Source of the DNA: Planctomycetota bacterium
GTDB taxonomy: Bacteria > Planctomycetota > UBA8108 > SXIK01
Direction of reading: 5' to 3'
DNA length: 64,000 nt
NCBI GenBank assembly: GCA_965223845.1
Contig: CBDCXR010000004.1
Location: forward strand, 4,736,001-4,800,000
The stretch's first letter is position 1. Each line of letters begins with the position of its first letter. The translations under genes and the position numbers were made by a program. This document shows, piece after piece, positions 18,722 through 27,355 of the stretch. The notes beneath the pieces were generated by a model. That model did no database searches. It saw nothing but the letters and a program-made list of their open reading frames with translations, and was not told the DNA's origin.

Positions 18722-20083
18722 ATGCTGACCATTTCGAGCTCCCAGACGAGCCCAGCCGGCTCTTCCTTCTGCGACGGATTGTCGCGGCGATCGTTCATCA
18801 AGATCGGTGGCCTCGCCCTCGGTGGACTCTCGCTCCCCGATCTCCTCCGCGCGGAATCGCGATCGGGAATCCGCTCGTCCGAGAAGTCGGTCATCATGAT
18901 CTACCTTCCGGGTGGACCGCCCCACCAGGACATGTTCGAGATCAAGACCGAGGCGCCGTCGGAGTTTCGCGGCGAGTTTCGTCCGATCGACACGAACGTC
19001 CCCGGCATTCGGATCTCCGAGGGGTTTCCCCGACTCGCCGCGATGATGGATCGCCTCGTCGTCATTCGCTCGCTTGTCGGATCGGAAGGACGACACGACT
19101 CCTTCCAGTGTCTCACCGGACGCCGCACCCCGCGGCAGCCGCTCGGCGGATGGCCGGAGTTCGGCTCGGTGATCTCGAAGCGATTGGGTTCGTCTGATCC
19201 GACGGTGCCGCCCTACATCAATTTGTCGCCGGTCATGCGACACCGCCCCTACAACGCGAAGGGCCCCGGCTTTCTCGGTCAAGGCCACGCGGCGTTTCGT
19301 CCCGAAGCCGACTCGCGTGCCGACATGGTGCTGAACGGGGTCGATCTCGAGCGCCTCGGTGATCGCCGGCGGCTCCTCGGGAGCTTCGATCGGTTTCGGC
19401 GCTGCATGGACGACAGCACGGCGCGGGGCGTCGACTCGTTTCAGCGTCAGGCGCTCGACGTCCTCACGTCGAGCCGTCTCGTCGATGCGCTCGATCTCGA
19501 GCGTGAGGACCCGCGCGTCCGCGAGCGCTACGGGAAGGGAACGCCGAAGGAGCAGGGAGACGCCGCGCCGCGACTCATGGAGCACTTCCTGCTCGCGCGG
19601 CGCCTCGTCGAAGCCGGCGCGCGCTTCGTCACGTGCAGCTTCAGCTTCTGGGACTGGCACGGGAGCAACTTCCGCCACGCCCGCCAGAACTTTCCCGATC
19701 TCGATCAAGGGGTGTCGGCGCTCGTCGAGGATCTCCACCAGCGCGGTCTCGACAAGGACGTCACGGTCGTCGTCTGGGGCGAGTTCGGCCGTACGCCTCG
19801 AATCAACAAGAACGCCGGGCGGGATCACTGGCCGAACGTCGCGTGCGCGCTCCTTGCGGGAGGAGGGATGCGCACCGGTCAGGCAATCGGTTCGACCGAC
19901 CGCCTCGGCGGCGAGGCGAAGGATCGCCCGGTTCATTTCAGCGACGTCTTCGCGACCCTCTATCACAACATGGGGATCGATGTCGCGACGGCGACCGTCG
20001 ACGACTACACGGGCCGGCCCCGCTACCTCGTCGAAGCCGGGGCGAACGGCGGCCCCGCTCGCCCCCTTTCCGAGCTCGTTTGA
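18722..20083 (+). CDS. DUF1501 domain protein (Tat-exported, planctomycete-typical)
   Basis: LSRRSFIK, GGPPHQDMF, LLARRLVEAG, WDWH, WGEFGRTP, GRDHW. Confidence 0.9.
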   Translation: MLTISSSQTSPAGSSFCDGLSRRSFIKIGGLALGGLSLPDLLRAESRSGIRSSEKSVIMIYLPGGPPHQDMFEIKTEAPSEFRGEFRPIDTNVPGIRISEGFPRLAAMMDRLVVIRSLVGSEGRHDSFQCLTGRRTPRQPLGGWPEFGSVISKRLGSSDPTVPPYINLSPVMRHRPYNAKGPGFLGQGHAAFRPEADSRADMVLNGVDLERLGDRRRLLGSFDRFRRCMDDSTARGVDSFQRQALDVLTSSRLVDALDLEREDPRVRERYGKGTPKEQGDAAPRLMEHFLLARRLVEAGARFVTCSFSFWDWHGSNFRHARQNFPDLDQGVSALVEDLHQRGLDKDVTVVVWGEFGRTPRINKNAGRDHWPNVACALLAGGGMRTGQAIGSTDRLGGEAKDRPVHFSDVFATLYHNMGIDVATATVDDYTGRPRYLVEAGANGGPARPLSELV

Positions 20084-20302
20084 ACTCGTTCAAGTATCGG
20101 TGACGTCGCCCGATTCGCGGCCGACGGCCGGCCCGATCTCGAGCTCCTCTGAGTTATCGGATCCGGACTCGACCGGCTCCGATCATTCGGTGCGAGAGGC
20201 CGATCCCGGCCGTTCGCGCGCCATCGCGCGCGGAAACGCCGCCATCGGGTCCGCCTGCGACCGTCCAGCTCGACGTGGGGCGAGCCTCGAGAGGCAATCG
20301 AG

Positions 20303-20357
20303 CTTCATGGAATATTAACCAACCCTCCATGGTCGGTTTACCCGGTGGTCATAGAAG
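20303..20357 (+). promoter_or_regulatory. Pho-box-like array: five 11-nt-periodic direct repeats upstream of pstS
   Basis: Units start at 20303 CTTCAT, 20314 ATTAAC, 20325 CTCCAT, 20336 GTTTAC and 20347 GGTCAT; 11-nt spacing is characteristic of PhoB/PhoP sites. Confidence 0.6.
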
Positions 20358-20438
20358 TTTCTTCCGTTCGGAGCCTTCTCCCCGGCGATGCGTATCGCCG
20401 AACCGGCTGACACCTTCCCGAAGCACTCGGAGGATTGC

Positions 20439-21341
20439 ATGGGCCGCTTCGTCCTTGCCTTCACGGTTTGTGGTTTGATTCTCTCGTCCGTCGGTTGTTC
20501 CCCGTCGGATTCGGATGGCGACTCGAAGGAGCCGGACGCGGCCAAGGTGGTGATCCAAAACACCGGATCCGACACCATGGTGAATCTCGCTCAGACGTGG
20601 GCGGAGGAATACAAGACAGTCAAGCCGGACATCTCGATCGAGGTTGCAGGCGGCGGCTCGGGTGTCGGCATCAGCAACCTCCGTCAGGGCACGGTCGACA
20701 TCGCGAACGCGAGCCGGAAGCTCAAGGACACCGAAGCCGTCCAGGTGAAGCAGAACACCGGGAAGGAAGCCAAGGAGTTCGTCGTCGCCCACGACGGCAT
20801 CGGCATCTACGTCCACAAGGACAACCCGATCGAATCGATCACGCTCGAGCAGCTCGGCCAGATCTACGGCAAGAACGCTACGATCACGAAGTGGTCGCAG
20901 CTCGGGGTCAATCACGCGGACCTTTGCGGGAGCGACGAGATCGTCTGCTTCAGCCGTCAATCGAACTCCGGTACGTACCAGTTCTTCCGCGATGCCGTTC
21001 TCAAGAAGGGCGATTTCCGTCTCGGAACGCGGGATCTGCACGGCTCGAAGGACGTCGTCGACGCCATCGGCAATACCGCGTGTGGGATCGGTTACAGCGG
21101 AATGGGCTACAAGACCGACGCGGTCAAGTTCGTGAAGGTTTCAAAGGTGGCGGATGGCACGCCCTTCGAGCCCACGATCGAGAACGTCTTGAGCGGCGAC
21201 TACCCGATCGCGCGTCCGCTACAGATGTACACGCTCGGCGACCCGACCGGCGCGATCAAGGAGTACATCGATTGGATCTACTCGACGGCCGGTCAGACCA
21301 TCGTGAAGGACAACGGCTACGTCCCGCTCGCGGCGAACTGA
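20439..21341 (+). CDS. pstS: Phosphate ABC transporter substrate-binding lipoprotein
   Basis: Lipobox SVGC, GSDTM, GGGSGVGI, DIANASR, SRQSNSGTY, YPIARPL; RBS GGAGG. Confidence 0.93.
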   Translation: MGRFVLAFTVCGLILSSVGCSPSDSDGDSKEPDAAKVVIQNTGSDTMVNLAQTWAEEYKTVKPDISIEVAGGGSGVGISNLRQGTVDIANASRKLKDTEAVQVKQNTGKEAKEFVVAHDGIGIYVHKDNPIESITLEQLGQIYGKNATITKWSQLGVNHADLCGSDEIVCFSRQSNSGTYQFFRDAVLKKGDFRLGTRDLHGSKDVVDAIGNTACGIGYSGMGYKTDAVKFVKVSKVADGTPFEPTIENVLSGDYPIARPLQMYTLGDPTGAIKEYIDWIYSTAGQTIVKDNGYVPLAAN

Positions 21342-21378
21342 ACCGCCGCCTCTCGTTCGCATAAGCGTTTCTCCGCGC

Positions 21379-21418
21379 GCGTCGGCGGCGCAGCCAATCT
21401 TCCGCTCGCCGCCGACGC
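21379..21418 (+). other. Intergenic stem-loop after pstS (mRNA-stabilising or attenuating)
   Basis: GCGTCGGCGGCG ... CGCCGCCGACGC 12-bp perfect inverted repeat between pstS and pstC. Confidence 0.5.
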
Positions 21419-21460
21419 CCGCGGCCCTCTCCTCCTCTCTCGCTTCACCGCGGGGATCTT

Positions 21461-22420
21461 ATGGAATTCTTGCAGCGCCTCTGGGCCGCTCGAGAGAAGT
21501 TCATCATCGGACTCATTTACCTCTGCGGGATGAGCTCGATCATCTTCGTCTTCGGCATTTTCTTTTTCGTCTTTCGCGAAGGTGCTCCCTTCCTCTTCGG
21601 CCGCTTCGACTTCGCGGAGTTTCTCTTCAGTTCCGAATGGTACCCGACCTCCGAGACAGAGAAGACCTACGGAGCTTCGGCGCTCATCATCGGAACGGCG
21701 AGCGTCACGATCTCGGCGATGATCATCGCGGTTCCGTTCAGTCTCGGCACTGCCGTGCTGATCTCCGAGTTCTGCTCGGGAAAGACGAAGGAAACGCTCA
21801 AGATCGTCGTCGAGCTTCTCGCGGCCGTACCATCGGTCGTGTGGGGCTTCATCGGCCTCATGGTGTTCAACGAGCTCATTCAGTGGGTCTTCAACGCGCC
21901 GATCGGACTCAACGTTCTGAACGGCGGGCTCGTCGTCGCGTTCATGAGCGTTCCCATCATCGTCTCGATCGCCGAGGACGCGCTCAAAGCGGTTCCCGAC
22001 TCGTATCGAGAAGCCGCGATCGCCCTGGGCGCAACTCGCTGGCAAATGATTCGCCGCGTCCTCTTTCCGGCGGCGAAAAACGGCATCCTCGCGGCCGTCC
22101 TCCTCGGAGTCGGGCGTGCCGTCGGTGAGACGATGGCCGTTCTCATGGCGACGGGTCACGCCGTCCACATCCCGTTCGACGGCGAGTTTCCATTTTTCCA
22201 CATGCTCGACTCGGTGCGAACGATGACGGCGACCATCGCGGCCGAGCTGGGCGAGGCGCCGCGTCTCCTTCCCGACCCGACGACCGGCGAGTATCCCGAA
22301 GACGCGTGGCACTATCAGGTGCTCTTCGTCCTCGGACTCTTCCTCTTCGCGATCACGTTCACGATCAACCTCGTCGCGGACATCATCGTGAAGGGCATCC
22401 GCAAGAAGGGGGCGAACTGA
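21461..22420 (+). CDS. pstC: Phosphate ABC transporter permease
   Basis: ELLAAVPSVVWG, EDALKAVP, EAAIALGAT, GRAVGETMAVLM. Confidence 0.93.
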   Translation: MEFLQRLWAAREKFIIGLIYLCGMSSIIFVFGIFFFVFREGAPFLFGRFDFAEFLFSSEWYPTSETEKTYGASALIIGTASVTISAMIIAVPFSLGTAVLISEFCSGKTKETLKIVVELLAAVPSVVWGFIGLMVFNELIQWVFNAPIGLNVLNGGLVVAFMSVPIIVSIAEDALKAVPDSYREAAIALGATRWQMIRRVLFPAAKNGILAAVLLGVGRAVGETMAVLMATGHAVHIPFDGEFPFFHMLDSVRTMTATIAAELGEAPRLLPDPTTGEYPEDAWHYQVLFVLGLFLFAITFTINLVADIIVKGIRKKGAN

Positions 22421-23328
22421 TGTCTTCCGAGACCGGCTACAACCCGTTCGCCGAAACCGACCAAGCGAGGAGGAATCTCCGGCGAGAGAAACACGTCCGG
22501 GTGGCGTTCATGATCATGGCCGCCTCCATGATCGTGCCGCTCATCCTCGTCCTCATCTACGTCGTCTATCACGCCTGGCCGCATCTCACCTGGGAGTTCA
22601 TCTCAGAGAATCCACGGCGCGGAATGAAGGAAGGCGGAATCTGGGCGGCGATCCTCGGCACGATTTACCTCGTGTTCTTCTCGCTGATCTTCACCGCGCC
22701 GGTCGGCATCTTGGCGGGGATCTACCTGAACGAGTTCGCTCGCGACAACTGGTTCACTCGCGTGGTCAATCTCGCGGTCGTGAATCTCGCTGGCGTGCCG
22801 AGCATCGTCTATGCGCTGTTCGGCGTCGGGGCGTTCGTCGTCTTCTTCGGCCTCGGGAAGTCCATTCTCGCGGCGTCGCTCACTCTCGGCGTCATGACTC
22901 TTCCTGTCATCATCACCGCGACGAAGGAGGCGCTCCGCGCCGTGCCGATGTCGTTTCGGGAAGCCTGCTGGAATATGGGCGCGAGCCGCTGGCAGACGAT
23001 TCGCACGATCGTCCTCCCGAACTCGATGAGCGGAATCCTGACCGGCGTCATTCTCGAAGTTTGCCGTGCCGCCGGTGAGACGGCGCCGATCATGTTCACG
23101 GGAGCGATCTTTTACAAAGCGATCGAGGACGGGGGGCTCTTCGCCTACGGTCCGTTCGATCAGTGCATGGCGGTCTCCTACCACCTGCACACGATCTCGA
23201 CTCAGGTGCCCGGCGTCCCCGAGTCGATCCCCTACGCGACGGCCGTGGTGCTCATCGGCATCGTCCTCGCGATCAACAGCGTCGCCGTCGCACTCCGAGT
23301 TCGATTGAGGTCGAAGAAAAAATGGTAG
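22420..23328 (+). CDS. pstA: Phosphate ABC transporter permease
   Basis: ATG overlaps pstC stop; NLAGVPSIVY, EALRAVP, RAAGETAPI. Confidence 0.92.
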   Translation: MSSETGYNPFAETDQARRNLRREKHVRVAFMIMAASMIVPLILVLIYVVYHAWPHLTWEFISENPRRGMKEGGIWAAILGTIYLVFFSLIFTAPVGILAGIYLNEFARDNWFTRVVNLAVVNLAGVPSIVYALFGVGAFVVFFGLGKSILAASLTLGVMTLPVIITATKEALRAVPMSFREACWNMGASRWQTIRTIVLPNSMSGILTGVILEVCRAAGETAPIMFTGAIFYKAIEDGGLFAYGPFDQCMAVSYHLHTISTQVPGVPESIPYATAVVLIGIVLAINSVAVALRVRLRSKKKW

Positions 23329-24104
23329 CACCGATGCCAGCGACCGACACCGACACCAAAGTTCGCGTTCAAAACCTCTCCGTCGACTACGGTGGCCTCC
23401 GCGCCCTCGACGGAATCTCGCTCGATGTCCGCAAATCCGAGATCCTCGCGATCATCGGTCCGGCAAACTCGGGAAAAACCACCTTTCTCAAGTGCATCAA
23501 CCGGACCATCGAGTTCGCGATCGGCGCCAAGGTCGGTGGGTCGGTCGAGATCGACGGCGTCAACGTCGATTCGATGAAGGACGTCTTCGGGCTCCGGAGG
23601 AAGATCGGCATGGTCTTCCCGCTCCCCGTGGGTCTCCCGCTTTCGATCTACGACAACGTCGCCTACGCGCCGCGACTCGGCGGCATTCGGAAGCGCGCCG
23701 ATCTCGACGAGCGCGTCGAGCGCTGTCTCCGTCAGGCCGCCCTTTGGGACGAGGTCAAGGATCGCCTCAATTCCCTCGGGACGAAACTCTCGGGTGGACA
23801 GCAGCAGCGCCTCACGATCGCGCGCGCCCTCTCCCACGATCCCGAGATCCTCTGTCTCGACGAGTTTTCGATCGCCGTCGACCCGGTGACGACGATGCGC
23901 ATCGAAGACGTGCTCGTCGAGTTGAAGAAGGACATCTCGGTCATTCTCGTCACGAATCTCGTGCAGCAAGCTCGCCGGCTTGGCGATCGGACGGCGTTTT
24001 TCAACAAGAGCAAGCTCGTCGAGGTGGACACGAACGAGGTGATCTTCTCCGACAAGCCGGCCCAGCGCCTCACGTGGGAATACGTCAACGGCCACTTCGG
24101 GTAG
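23322..24104 (+). CDS. pstB: Phosphate ABC transporter ATP-binding protein, copy 1 (degenerate Q-loop and H-loop)
   Basis: GPANSGKTT, LSGGQQQR, LCLDEFS; VFPLP and VTNL replace the usual VFQ and VTH. Confidence 0.85.
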   Translation: MVAPMPATDTDTKVRVQNLSVDYGGLRALDGISLDVRKSEILAIIGPANSGKTTFLKCINRTIEFAIGAKVGGSVEIDGVNVDSMKDVFGLRRKIGMVFPLPVGLPLSIYDNVAYAPRLGGIRKRADLDERVERCLRQAALWDEVKDRLNSLGTKLSGGQQQRLTIARALSHDPEILCLDEFSIAVDPVTTMRIEDVLVELKKDISVILVTNLVQQARRLGDRTAFFNKSKLVEVDTNEVIFSDKPAQRLTWEYVNGHFG

Positions 24105-24112
24105 CGAGAACG

Positions 24113-24913
24113 ATGAACCCATCGACCCCTCAGATCGAGACCGACCGCGTCGCCGACCTCGGCCTCGAGGCGCGCGAGCTTTGCCTCTGGTACGGCGATT
24201 TTCAGGCGCTCTTCGACGTCACGGTCGGTATCAAGAACGGGATCATTACATCCCTGATCGGGCCGTCCGGATGCGGGAAGACGACGTTTCTCCGCTGCTT
24301 CAATCGAATCAACGAACGCTATCAAGTTCGGACGACGGGAGAGATTCGCGTTCTCGATAAGAACATCTACGACGACGACGTGAGCCTGTTCGAGCTCCGG
24401 AAGCAGGTCGGCATGGTGTTCCAGCGCCCGAACCCGCTCCCGATCTCGATCTACGAGAACGTCGTCTTCGGGCTCAAGACCCACTCACCGAGAGGATCGC
24501 TCCGCCGGCGCGACCTCGACGAGGCGGTCGAGAAGGCGCTCCGGGAAGTCTTCCTGTGGGACGCCGTGAAGGACCAGCTCCACAACCCGGGCATCGACCT
24601 CCAGCTCGAGCAGCAGCAGAAGCTCTGCATCGCGCGTCTCCTTCCGCTCAAGCCCAAGGTCATCCTCATGGATGAGCCCTGCTCGGCGCTCGATGCGGAG
24701 GGAACGGAGGCCATCGAAGAGCTGATGGCCCAGCTCCGCGGGCAGTACACGATGGTGATCGTGACCCACAATATGGCCCAGGCGCGGCGCGCGAGCGACG
24801 AGTGCATCTTCATGCTTCACGGTAAGATGGTGGAGCACGGCCCCACGCAGGATCTCTTCGTGCGCCCGAGAGAGAAAGACACGGAAAACTACGTCGAGGG
24901 CCGATACGGTTAA
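24113..24913 (+). CDS. pstB: Phosphate ABC transporter ATP-binding protein, copy 2 (degenerate signature motif)
   Basis: GPSGCGKTT, VFQRPNP, LMDEPCSALD, VTHNM, C-terminal YVEGRYG; signature reads LQLEQQQK. Confidence 0.88.
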   Translation: MNPSTPQIETDRVADLGLEARELCLWYGDFQALFDVTVGIKNGIITSLIGPSGCGKTTFLRCFNRINERYQVRTTGEIRVLDKNIYDDDVSLFELRKQVGMVFQRPNPLPISIYENVVFGLKTHSPRGSLRRRDLDEAVEKALREVFLWDAVKDQLHNPGIDLQLEQQQKLCIARLLPLKPKVILMDEPCSALDAEGTEAIEELMAQLRGQYTMVIVTHNMAQARRASDECIFMLHGKMVEHGPTQDLFVRPREKDTENYVEGRYG

Positions 24914-25057
24914 GAGGCCGTTTCCAATCCGCTCCATCGGCCGGAGGCCGAGCGTGCCGGAGCCTCGCGGGGAGCGAGGACGAAGCGAAGAGATAGAGAA
25001 CACCGAGTGGGACGCCGGGCCCTCGACCTGGACGCCGCCCGACCGAAAGGGGACCCC

Positions 25058-25732
25058 ATGCCGAAGAAATTTGACGCTGAGCTCACCGCCCTCAAGAACG
25101 AACTGGTCGACATGGCCGAAGTGGCGCAGACCATGGTCCAGACGGCCGTGCGCGCGCTCGTCGACCGAAAGAGTGAAGACCTGGCGAATCTCGAGGACCT
25201 CGAGAAGCGCGTCGACGATTATCAGATCAAGATCGACAACGACGTCATTCGGCTCATGGCGGTGTACACGCCCGTCGCACTCGACATGCGCTTCGTCCTC
25301 ATGACCGCGCGCATCAACACCGAGCTCGAGCGGATCGGCGACCAAGCGATGAACATGCGCGAGTACGTCGAAAACCTCCTCGGCGAGCCGGAGCTCAAGA
25401 AGCTCGTCGACTTGCCGCGGATGGCCGACATCGCCTCGGGCATGGTGAAGGACAGCGTCCAAGCGTACAAGGACGGCGCGACGGATCGCGCGCTCGAGGT
25501 CGTGAACCGAGATGACGAGGTCGACGCCCTCTACGACCAGATCTTTCGCGAGCTCCTCACGTACATGCTCAGCGATCCGGCCAATATCAAACGCGCGCTC
25601 GGCCTCGTCCTGATGGCGCGCTCGATCGAGCGCATCGCGGACCACGCGACGAACATCGCGGAAGAGGTCGTCTATCTGGTGAAGGGCGAGGACATCCGTC
25701 ACCAAGAGGACGACGCAGTCGTCACGGAATAG
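25058..25732 (+). CDS. phoU: Phosphate signalling complex protein PhoU
   Basis: ELERIGD, DDEVD, IERIADHATNIAEEV; last gene of the pst operon. Confidence 0.93.
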   Translation: MPKKFDAELTALKNELVDMAEVAQTMVQTAVRALVDRKSEDLANLEDLEKRVDDYQIKIDNDVIRLMAVYTPVALDMRFVLMTARINTELERIGDQAMNMREYVENLLGEPELKKLVDLPRMADIASGMVKDSVQAYKDGATDRALEVVNRDDEVDALYDQIFRELLTYMLSDPANIKRALGLVLMARSIERIADHATNIAEEVVYLVKGEDIRHQEDDAVVTE

Positions 25733-25972
25733 AGTCGGCGGGAGATTCGCTCGCGGGATGAGTCGCGGGTAGAGGGGCGCGTTCTGGTCGTTGCCGGTTC
25801 CTTCCCCAGCGTCGACTGCCCGCAGGCCAGCAGGCCCGCCGGTTGACGTCGGCGCGGCGTTTTGGACTCGTGGGATCGGGGGAGAGAAGAGAAGTTTGTC
25901 GGGAACGGGAGCGGGAACGGGTATGGGGCGTGTCGCTTGAGGCGTAGTCGTAGCCGGGGGCGCCGCGAAGCA

Positions 25973-27232
25973 ATGGACGAGTTTCTCGATCGCACTCCCA
26001 TCATCGACGTCCACGAGCACCACATCCCCGAGGTGTTCGCGAGCCGAGAGGTCGGACTCCTCGATCTGTTCGAGCAGAGCTACGCCGGCTGGACTCAGGC
26101 CCGGCCCTACCCTCTTCCGTCGGAGAGTCGCGACTCGGATCCGATGCTGAGCGCCTCGTCGGATACGACCTGGGACGGTCTCGTCCCGTATCTCGAGGGG
26201 AGCGGAACGAACGCGTTCGTCCGGAACCTCGTCGGGGCGATCGACGATCTCTACGCGCTCGACGGCGCCGGCATCACCCGCGGGAACTGGAAAGAGATCG
26301 ACGCCGAGGTACGCCGTCGCCACCGCGACCCGTCGTGGACGGGCGCGGTCCTCGATCGCGCCGGCGTCCGGCTCGCGATCACCGACCCCTACACCGATCC
26401 CCTCCTCGACGCGCACGCGGCGCTCGGTGAGCGCTACCGCTCGGTCCTCAGGATCAACGCGCTCGCGTTCGGCTGGCACCCCGATCGCCGCGACCACAAC
26501 GGCAACTGCGCGCACGAGATCGCGGAGCGCGCCGGAGTGCGCCTCGAGCGTTTCGAGGATTACGAAGCTCTCCTCGAACGAGTCGTCGAGACGATGCACA
26601 CCCGCCACCAGGTCGGTCTCAAGAACGCCCTCGCCTACGATCGATCCCTCGATTTCGACGATCCCGACGAGCCGCTCGCCCGAAAGGCGTGGCTGAATCC
26701 GCGCGCGAATCCCGCCGAACAGAAAGCCTTCGGCGACTTCGTCGTCGATCGCTTGTGCCGTCTCGCCGGGGAGCGCGACATCCCCGTCCAGATGCACTTA
26801 GGGACCGCGATCATTCGAGGCTCCCATCCGCTTCGCGTCGCGCCGCTCATCGAGCGACATCCGCAAACGCGGTTTCTCCTCATGCACCTCGCGTACCCGT
26901 GGAGTGCCGACCTCCTCGGCCTCGCGTTCGTGTATCGAAACATCTGGCTCGATCTCACTTGGAGCTTCCTCCTCAGTCCAGCGCACTTCCGCCGCGCTCT
27001 CCACGAGGCGATCGACGTTCTCCCCGACGAAAGTCGCCTGATGCTCGGAGGCGACAATTGGCACGCCGAGGAGACCTACGGGTCGATGCGCTGGGCGCGC
27101 GCTCTCATCGGTCGAGTGCTCGGAGAGAGAATCGACGCGGGCGACTTCGGCCGGGAAGAAGCCGAACGGCTCGCCCGGCGCATTCTGCACGAGAACGCGG
27201 CGGCGTTCTTTTCGCTCGATAACGCGAGCTGA
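25973..27232 (+). CDS. Amidohydrolase-superfamily protein (uronate-isomerase-like)
   Basis: IIDVHEH, GLKNALAY, VQMHLG, LMHLAYP, LGGD, ILHENA..FF. Confidence 0.8.
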   Translation: MDEFLDRTPIIDVHEHHIPEVFASREVGLLDLFEQSYAGWTQARPYPLPSESRDSDPMLSASSDTTWDGLVPYLEGSGTNAFVRNLVGAIDDLYALDGAGITRGNWKEIDAEVRRRHRDPSWTGAVLDRAGVRLAITDPYTDPLLDAHAALGERYRSVLRINALAFGWHPDRRDHNGNCAHEIAERAGVRLERFEDYEALLERVVETMHTRHQVGLKNALAYDRSLDFDDPDEPLARKAWLNPRANPAEQKAFGDFVVDRLCRLAGERDIPVQMHLGTAIIRGSHPLRVAPLIERHPQTRFLLMHLAYPWSADLLGLAFVYRNIWLDLTWSFLLSPAHFRRALHEAIDVLPDESRLMLGGDNWHAEETYGSMRWARALIGRVLGERIDAGDFGREEAERLARRILHENAAAFFSLDNAS

Positions 27233-27355
27233 CGCGCGTCGTCTCGAACGCAGCCGGGAGCGTTTCTCGAACGACCCGGTCGCCTTTGGTATCCTCGATG
27301 ATGTCGACGCGGAGTCCGCAACGGGTCTCCTCCGCGTCCCGGAGCGCGCCCCATC

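Noticed and set aside
16320-18728. 802-aa plus-strand ORF and similar long antisense ORFs (e.g. 24485-26797, 32509-34110, 50190-51791)
   Set aside because: These are shadow frames of well-supported genes in high-GC DNA, with no motifs of their own.
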